In this document: positions 55,070 to 64,000 of the stretch, piece by piece
How the letters are laid out: each line of letters opens with the position of its first letter
Position numbering within the stretch: position 1 is the stretch's first letter
DNA from: Octopus sinensis
Lineage: Eukaryota
Direction of reading: 5' to 3'
Assembly: GCF_006345805.1 (NCBI RefSeq)
Contig: NC_043005.1
Span: 60,698,001-60,762,000, forward strand
DNA length: 64,000 nucleotides
Translations under genes and position numbers: made by a program
The notes under the pieces: model-generated
Seen by the model: only the letters and a program-made list of their open reading frames with translations
Database searches by the model: none
Told to the model about the DNA's origin: nothing

Positions 55070-55385
55070 ATTGTTTAGGGGTTAGGGCAATCAGCTCAAG
55101 ATCGTATGGTCGTGAGTTCGATTCTCGGCGGTGTGTTGTGTATTTGAGCAAGATACTTTATCTCATGTTACTTCAGTCCACTCAGCTGGCAAAATTGTGT
55201 TGTACCAGTAATTCAAAAGACCGGATTTGTTACAATCTGTGTCGTGCTGAATACCACTAAGAACAACGTTAAGAGTACGCGTGTTTGTTGAGTGATCAGC
55301 CACTTATATGTTAATTTCACGAGCAGGATGTCCTGTTGATCGGGTGAACTGAAACACAAGTCGTCGTAACTGACGGATTGCCAGA
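55070..55385 (+). mobile_element. tRNA-derived SINE
   Basis: gagttcgattctc B box, gtgttgtgtatttgagcaagatacttta core, followed by (CTAT)n. Confidence 0.75.
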
Positions 55386-55388
55386 TTT

Positions 55389-55420
<32 letters not shown>

Positions 55421-55421
55421 G

Positions 55422-55506
<85 letters not shown>

Positions 55507-55595
55507 GTCTATCTATCTATCTATCTATCTATGTCTATATATAATATAAATAATATATAAATATAAGCATATATACATACATATATGTACATACC

Positions 55596-55660
<65 letters not shown>

Positions 55661-55786
55661 ATACTTTATTTAAATCAGCAGAAAATTCAACAAAACCTGT
55701 TGCTCTGAGTTTCCCGTTGCCGTTCATCGGACAGTTTTTGCTAGAATATTTGTGTACACTTTTTTCCACATTTATGTGTTTACTCC

Positions 55787-55871
<85 letters not shown>

Positions 55872-56559
55872 ATGCATATATGTGTACAGGACATCAAAAA
55901 AACGTTGTACACCATGAGAAACGAAAACATAAAAACAAAAATATATGTAGGTAAGGATAAGATGCGACTTCGTTGAAAGAGTCCTTACCGCAAAGCAAAT
56001 TAAATAAAATTTTGGATTTTTTGTGGAGGCTGAAAGTGGTAACAAGAATAGGACAATGAGAACAAAACAGTAAAAACAAACGGTGAGGGCTGTTAAGCCA
56101 AGACGATAGAAAAATTATCATGAACGCTAGAAAGGCGACCTTATGAAGAAGACAGTATAAGCACGTTGTTGTCTTTACGAAGGTAGTGGTCAGAAAGATA
56201 GATTCTGTTTCGTCATGTGTCAGCGACGAGAGAGTCGAGGAGGAAGAATGAGAAATATATATATACACACGTTCTTACACGCACACACTGCGTAATATCT
56301 ATGTAATTTCGAAGGTATATTTCATTATGCTAAACATGCATTTTGAATCTACAATGCTACAAACATGCATATAACTCTACGTGTACCTACATATTTATCA
56401 CTGATTATTTTTATGTATAGATATAATCAAAAGCAGCCAAACATAATTTAGGCATCCCTAAATATATCTGAGTGTAGCACTTTGCCAAGACAAGTTGGCT
56501 AATAATCCTGAAATTGGCCGGCCGTCCCCCTGTTAGACTAAGTTAAACAACAAATATGG

Positions 56560-57260
56560 AATGTTAAGATTCAGTATCAACATCTGTAAGTAAAACTTTC
56601 GACACTTTCAAATATTTCTTCAGCCTGTAATTTACGGAGCACGAATGTCTTAAAATGAACGACATGAAAATTATTGCGGTCAGAAGGTGTAGCACAAGGC
56701 TGTATAGAGGTGAGAGAGATGAAATCGAGAAGGTAAAGAAGTACATTTACTTAGTGCATACAGTGTATATACGCCAAGATATGAATGTTAAAATCTCTAA
56801 GAGAATAAGGACGGAATGGAAGACGTTTAAGCATGTGTCCCAAACATAGCTAGACAATGTCAGACATGCCAGACACTTCACTAGCCTCGTCCCACTTGCA
56901 CTTTTACACGCAGATGAAACGTGATCTACTATGAAGAGGACAGAACATTCATTGGCTACGATGCAAAGGGTCGTGCAAAATTCCCACTAAGATTGTCATT
57001 TTGAGAGCACATTCTAAATGAAATAATCCGGGAGAGGAACGAAGAGAACGACATGAATGCCGAAAGGCGAAAAATGTCGCAAGGTACAAAGATAAAAAGT
57101 GGATCCGTTCAACTATCGAGTAGTTGAAATCGGAAAGGGTCACTTTGAAGGCTACTAGGATGATGGGGAGACGATTTAGTCAAGCAATTTGGGTCAAGAT
57201 GGAGAAGAATGGTCAAAACATAATTGGAAACGTGTTGTGACCACTGATGTATAAAGCATC
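56560..57260 (+). mobile_element. RTE-clade LINE 3' fragment, decayed
   Basis: RIRTEWKTFK and RWGDDLVKQFGSRWRRMVK-type segments. Confidence 0.6.
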
Positions 57261-57330
57261 TGATGGTTCGTCGATACTGTGATATGTATCTCTATGTATA
57301 ATTATCGAAAAATGCAAACGCAAACAATAG

Positions 57331-57397
<67 letters not shown>

Positions 57398-57566
57398 TAC
57401 AGAAAATAAAGACAATGGAAAAATTGACATATAAACCTTATTTATTTAAAGACATTCAAATTCATACATAGATATTCCTACCTAGAGCTGTTTCCACAAG
57501 GCCGAATAGAGGTGGCATGATTTTAGTTCCGTAATTAAATTAAATAAAATTGTGCATATTCATATA

Positions 57567-58530
57567 CAGGGTGCATAAGGTATTTGAGGACATACTTTTG
57601 GGGGATAATTGCTGCATTATTTTACTGACTCTGTGTAATCCTTGTTTCAGAAAATTATAATGACACACTCAAGAAATGAAGAGGCATGCTGTTATTGTAG
57701 TTATAAAGGCTGAGCATAGCGATTTTAAAATATCTCAATTTTTAAAGGTTGACAGATCTTTCGTCCACAGAGTTTGTGAGGAGCTAGAGAATGACGATGG
57801 AAACGTATCATCAGTATGAAAGCATAAAAAGCATTCTAAATGCCCTGAAATCATCAGATCACTTGAATTTAAACATCCAGCAGAAGAAGATATGATTTCG
57901 TTTTTCTCAAACGAGAAAAACTTCTACCAAGATTAAACATTTTACAGAAGAAATGACAGATTGTTATGCACAGACCCTTCTGAAGTTCCAAGTGTTATAC
58001 ATACGAAATTTCCTGCAACTATCATGGTTCTAGGGATTTTCAGCAATGAAGGACTTGTGATGCATCTTTAATTCTTTCCACAAGTTAACTCTGCCACCTA
58101 CATTGAGGTCTTGGAAACAATTGCTAAGCCAAGGATAGACAGTGTATACAATGGAATGCCATAAGTGTTTCAGTAAGACACTACACAGGAATGGATGGCT
58201 GAAAATTTCACATAATCCCTAACAATTCCCGATCTCAATTCATGTGGGGCGTTGTTGAGAGAGAGGTCAATGAACATGCCCATAACACCAAATATTCTCT
58301 GAAAGCTGACATAGCGAGAGTTATGTCCAAAATGAACCATGATCACATGATTCGAACATGTAGATGATATACATCTCATATTGAAGCAGTTGTTAAAGCT
58401 GAAGGCTGCTTTATTGAATAACATTATAGAAAAGAATGTTTATTTTTATCCTCATAGCGTGTTTTGATAAATAAAGTTATTATCTGTTATTATATATCTA
58501 AATATTTCCTCAAATATCTTACGCGCCCAG
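57567..58530 (+). mobile_element. Tc1/mariner-superfamily (maT-like) element with TIRs and TA TSD, decayed and internally deleted
   Basis: ta|cagggtgcataaggtatttgagga ... tcctcaaatatcttacgcgcccag|ta; MKRHAVIVVIKAEHSDFKISQFLKV, FFSNEKNF, KFPATIMVLG, WGVVEREVN. Confidence 0.88.
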
Positions 58531-60425
58531 TAAATAAATAAACACACAGAGATGGAGAGAGAGATAGTGAGCAAAAAAGAAAAGAAAGAAAAGAAGGAGG
58601 GAAGAAAGAAAGAAAGAAAGAAAGAGACAAATATATATTAAGGAAGTTAAATTGAAAATCAAATTAGCAGTCTCCTATCCATGGTACCAAATGAACCAAC
58701 TTTCTATCATGTTGTACACACTATGAGTGCGATGTCAAATTCCCTCATTCTAAATAAATATGTAAACCAGGGAAACAGAAGAAAAGGACATGTAAAGATG
58801 ATGCTATATATAATCCCAACACAAAGAAAAATTGAACCACAAAAGAAGACTGTGGAGAAAGTGCATAGTCAGGCTGGTGCCCCAGCATGACCACAGCCGC
58901 ATGGCTGAAACACATAGAAGGAATAAAAGAAACCCATTTAAATATGTAGGTTTACACCTAAAGAGTATTGTAGAATACATCATGCACATACACACACACA
59001 CACACACACAAAGAATCACAAATATATGGCGTGCGAGAGAAAGAGAGAGCGAGAAAGATTAAAAAGAACAGACAGATACTAGCAATATTCTGTTGAATGG
59101 TTAGCTGATACACATGGTAATTGGAAAATTGTGACGCTCAATATTTAGTTATAATCATATATCATATATATATATATGATAAGGCAAAAAAAATAAATAC
59201 AAGAAGACGTAATTACAAATATTGAAAGCTGATATCTGAAGAGCGAACGTAACTGTAAAAGAATAAATAAATATTTCAATTTATATAAACTATCAACGTG
59301 AAGAACTTCCGAAAGCTAAAATGTATATAACGTCAAAGAAACAAAGCAAATTTAAGTGGTTAGCTTAAGTGTATTACATCCAAATACACAAACTGTATCA
59401 ATGTTGAATTATTTTCTTTTCAGAAAGATATCAAAATTCTATATAATTGAATTTATGTATAAATATTGTTGCAAACTATTGCTGAGCTATTCAAATTTGC
59501 TAACATATTTTCTTAAGCTTAAGTCTTGTAGGTAATAATTTATTAAACACAAAAATAAATCAATCCTAAAAATAAAGCTAACTTTACCTTTTAGCTTTCG
59601 TCTTCATAGGAAATGGGTCTGCTTTATTGATTTGACAAAAGTGCGTGCGTATTTCATACTTAATCTATCCATTACAATGAGTGGTTAATGTTGAGATTGC
59701 CTCGATTACAAAAATTAATTAATTTATATAGTGTTTACTGACTTTCTATAGTTTCAATAACCGTTGTACCCTCTTTTAAGTACCCATTTAGGTAATCCTA
59801 ATATTCTTACAATATTTATATATACTTTAGAGCTACAGCTAGAAATATTTTCCGTTCCTCCATTCATCCCTAGTTATGCGTTTCTTATTGAAGCCAGCAC
59901 TGATATGATAATAACACATACAGGGCAGAAAATTAGACATCTTTTTTATTGAGTTATTGTTGATGGCGTTATTGATATATTTTCGTCACCAAAAAATAAA
60001 CTATGATTAAGATACTAAAGTCCTGATTGTCCCGTTTTAAATCGACGGCGACGTTTCGACTCGCAGCAGCTCTTTGCTCGATTCGAATACTACTATTAGT
60101 GCTTCTGCTTCTGTTTATACATTGAGGGTGTCGTGTTATGCGCGACGTTTGCCCAAGCTTCGTCCAAATTCTTCGCTTCAGAGCACTGGGCAAAGATCGA
60201 ATCGCGTCCGTGCGTCTTCATAGGAAACGGGTCAGCTTTATTGACAGTACCAGACATACCCACTGCCTGGTACAGCATCAGGGCAAAGTCACTAACAGTT
60301 ACTGCATGTTATTAGGATTTCACAGATATTATACATATTCCGCGAGGTCGATTTTGCCTTTCATCGTTTCAGGGTCGATAAATTAAGAACCAGTAAATTT
60401 CAGCCCTTGTACCTATACTAGAAGG

Positions 60426-60476
<51 letters not shown>

Positions 60477-60489
60477 TATTGCATTATTT

Positions 60490-61720
60490 TTCTTCTTTCC
60501 CTGTCTATTTTGATTAGTTCATTTAGAGTCCAGTAAAGAATATTGTAGCTGTAACATTTAACTGGGACAGCTAGAGTGTTGTTACCTGTTATCTTGTTTT
60601 TCGTATCGAGCTTTGTTTTTGATATTGATCTAACTCATCTTTAGTATTCTTTTCTTATCTTCTCTTTCATTTGTGTGTGTTATATCGTATCTAGTTCATT
60701 CATTCCTAAATATTTGCGTGTCTAGCTTTAGTTTCATTTTATTATTTGCTTTATCTCGTATGATGTTTCTTTGACTATTGTTTTCATGGTTGCTTTGGCA
60801 AATTGTTTTCAAAGCCAAATTTCATGTTTATTTCTTTAGTGAATCCATGTGCTGTCTGTAGTAATGTTTCCAGCCGTTTAGCATTTGTAGCGTACAGTTT
60901 TATACCATCCATATGCAAGATATGGCTGATTGCTTTGCTGTAACAGTTGTATCAACACCCACTCCTGGTTAGCATGTCACATGAAAGGTATTAGTGTCAG
61001 ACAGAAAATTAGTGGAGAGCGTATCTCCCTGGAATATTCCTCTTCTAATGGGGAATATTCCATGCTTTCTTGATTTCCTGTCCACCTCCTTTAGCACCTC
61101 TTCTAGTACCATACCGAACTACTGCGCCTCCGCGCGAGTTTATTGCCAAAATTATGTTTCTGGTATTCAGCTTTGAGGTCAATATTTTCCTCACTTGCCG
61201 CAGGTACTTTCTTTTTATCTCTTCCATCATGTCCCGGTGTTTGATTTCATCTGCTTCAAGCATTCCCAGTATTTATAACTGGATTGAGGTTGAAGTACCT
61301 TCATCATTTCACTAATTGACAAACAAGCATTCCTCCTCTCATCACCATCCTAAAACATTTTGAGAATCCGAACTCCATCTTAATACCATTGCAGAAAACC
61401 CACACAGACTGGACTTGGCTGTCAAGGTTCTGTCTCAGTTTATGTGAATAACTGCAAGACGCCCATGAACAGCAAGTGATTTATTTCTCCCTTACCTCTT
61501 CCCAGAGCATATTCTAACATTTTGTTTTCTGTTATATTTCACTCAAGGGGATCGTCCCCAGCACGAATATCAGTGGGGACACACTGTATCTCTCGAAGAA
61601 TCTCCTTTTGCTTTTAGCCTCTCCAAGTATTTACTTCCTGCTGTCAATTCCGTTCTGCAGTATTTCATGCTACTTCCATATGAGGGTTCTCATACTCTCT
61701 ACTACTCCAACAATTTCCAG
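60490..61720 (-). mobile_element. Two fused R4/Dong-like RT fragments between (TAA)n tracts
   Basis: Minus strand DSVSPLIFVL, EINHLLFMG, YK.LGMLEADEIKH; a second HILHMDGIKLYA near 60900; (TAA)n at 60426-60478 and 61720-61805. Confidence 0.75.
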
Positions 61721-61738
61721 TTATTATTATTATTATTA

Positions 61739-61794
<56 letters not shown>

Positions 61795-61818
61795 TTATTA
61801 TTATTTTCATACCACCAC

Positions 61819-61853
<35 letters not shown>

Positions 61854-61984
61854 ACAGCACCATCACCATGACCATCATCATCGTCGTCGACATCATCATG
61901 GCCTTAATGCTGTTGGTGCTGCATTGATCTCTATTTTAATTTGACCATGTTCTTAATAGAATCTTGACGGGTTGGAGTTGTTGT

Positions 61985-62004
61985 GGCTGTTGTGATCCTT
62001 CGTC

Positions 62005-62077
<73 letters not shown>

Positions 62078-62078
62078 C

Positions 62079-62110
<32 letters not shown>

Positions 62111-62153
62111 CATTATTATCATCATTATCATTATTATTATTATCATTATTATC

Positions 62154-62197
<44 letters not shown>

Positions 62198-62232
62198 CAT
62201 CATTATTATCATTATTATTATTATTATTATTA
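61985..62232. repeat. Long (TTA)n/(TCA)n tract
   Basis: Direct reading. Confidence 0.97.
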
Positions 62233-63293
62233 CGCACACACACGCGTGTACAATTGGCACTAACGCACATGTTTTAGCACGTAATCACACGAACATAAAA
62301 CTGATACACACGCAGCTAATAGATGCAGCTGACACATACACCCACATATCCGTACACAAAGTACACACCCACATGAGTGATATGCAGCGACACCCATATA
62401 TACATACACAGAAACAAACGCGCACATACGAACCAACGAGTTAAAGCTTTCAGCTCTCGACCACACGTCAGCTTACACACTCGCGCACCCTGCCAGCCGC
62501 ACGCATAACAGATATACACGCAGAAGCATCAGACGTCCGCATGTACTCAATCATACACACACACACACAGAAGCCATGTATCAGGTGTCCCCTAAGTCTC
62601 TTTTAAAACAGGCCAACAGGAAAACGCATCAACTTCCTATAAAGCCACACGATCTGAGAGATTACCAATTTCATTGCATTTAGAGTCGCTGGAATATTGA
62701 TCTTACTTCCGATTGTACCTTTAATAAATTAATCCGTTGAGTTTTGGTTGGTTAACTAAATATTTCAGTATATGCTATCTTCATCAGTGCGGTACAGGTT
62801 CCGTAGCAAAAGGCATTAATTATCATTGCAAGTAGAAGAATCATTATCAACTACAGAAATTCAAAGTATCCCCGAGGGTATTATTGATGAGCACAATTAA
62901 TCTTGCGATTGATGTGTTTTTTTTTTGTTTTTTTCTGATAAAATTACGCAAAAATAAATATCAACACCTTAAAGCATGTTTTAAGTGAAACTTTAAATTT
63001 AATTGAATGAGCGTTAGATGAGTGTTACGCATGTTTAGATTTACCAAAGTCCAATTCCAGCTAAACTATGATCAAAAGAATTTCAACCGTGAATATCTCC
63101 TAGGTTTCATAAGTATTGTGTATTTGGTATGATACGATATATGTTACGATATTTTTAATGTGGAGAGTCAAATAACACCAGATGTTGTTGTTATTTCTAG
63201 CTCGTCGATGGAACACGAATGAGCAACCACGTTGACCTGGTTTACACAGCAGTATTTCGTTCATAAAGAAACATTTATGATCTTCCAGAAATC

Positions 63294-63350
63294 TCAATGT
63301 AATTTTGGAAAAACATTATAAGCGTGCTCTTCCTTGGACTTCTCACTCAC
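63294..63350 (-). CDS. Possible terminal exon of an upstream gene: VSEKSKEEHAYNVFPKLH*
   Basis: Strong acceptor tttctttttgttttattgcag at 63351; short frame to TGA; no homology recognised. Confidence 0.25.
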   Translation of the reverse strand: MSEKSKEEHAYNVFPKLH

Positions 63351-63583
63351 CTGCAATAAAACAAAAAGAAACATAAAACGTTAAACACAAACAAAATAAA
63401 AATACCAATGTAAATGAATGTCATACTTCACATTTCTATGCATTCCTGAGAATAAAGGCAGATAAGATTTCTGGAAACTTAAACATTTGTTCAAGTATCA
63501 AAGTATTCAAATTCAAGCGTCAAAGGTATTAAAATTCCTATGATTCGATATATATATGTATATATGTATATATATATATATAT

Positions 63584-63678
<95 letters not shown>

Positions 63679-64000
63679 TGTCCTATAGGAAAATAATTGA
63701 AATACAGAATACCTCATTCACTGCACCAAATTAACAATGCGAATTTTCTTTGTTTACTTTAAGCGAAAAATGTCCAGAAAATACGATAAATTGATATTAG
63801 TGCGTATAGCGTTGTACGTTGTTTTTTTTCATATTGTTACTGTGATATTGTTTTAGGTTTATAGTTTTAGATATCGTTTTTATTGATTTGGGACATATTG
63901 TTATGAATCATTTTAGGTTTATGTTTTTATTCTGTCTAAATGGGGTTCGTCTTTTTGTGTTTAGTTTAAATTTTTGTGTGCTTTATTGGTGTTGAATTTT

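Noticed and set aside
61931-62444. Poly-Ile/Asn/Tyr ORFs up to 153 aa
   Set aside because: (TTA)n microsatellite translations

Overview
AT-rich eukaryotic, mostly non-coding DNA dense in (TA)n/(CA)n/(GATA)n/(TAA)n microsatellites. The SINE families and transposon mix match what I recognise from Octopus (coleoid cephalopod) genomes; this is an inference. Nearly all ORFs in the supplied track are microsatellite artefacts. Recognisable mobile DNA: tRNA-derived SINEs, Penelope-like (GIY-YIG) fragments, R4/Dong-like RLE non-LTR fragments within (TAA)n, an RTE fragment, Tc1/mariner relics and a non-autonomous Helitron. Four small phase-compatible exons on the minus strand (13.7-21.4 kb) suggest an unidentified gene, possibly starting near 52.4 kb. 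The main result is a set of unrelated non-coding tandem-plus-inverted repeat insertions with ~325-490 bp units, each carrying a type I hammerhead ribozyme fold. Two look intact: 23.26-24.02 kb (U3-A8 core variant, palindromic stem III, 14-bp TSD) and 46.31-47.44 kb (68-nt branched stem II, present on both strands). Two are decayed (25.1-25.7 kb and 43.9-45.1 kb) and one further hammerhead is truncated (32.9 kb). Together they look like several retrozyme/Penelope-pLTR families sharing a 5'-inversion insertion mode. All folds were done by eye and none has been tested.
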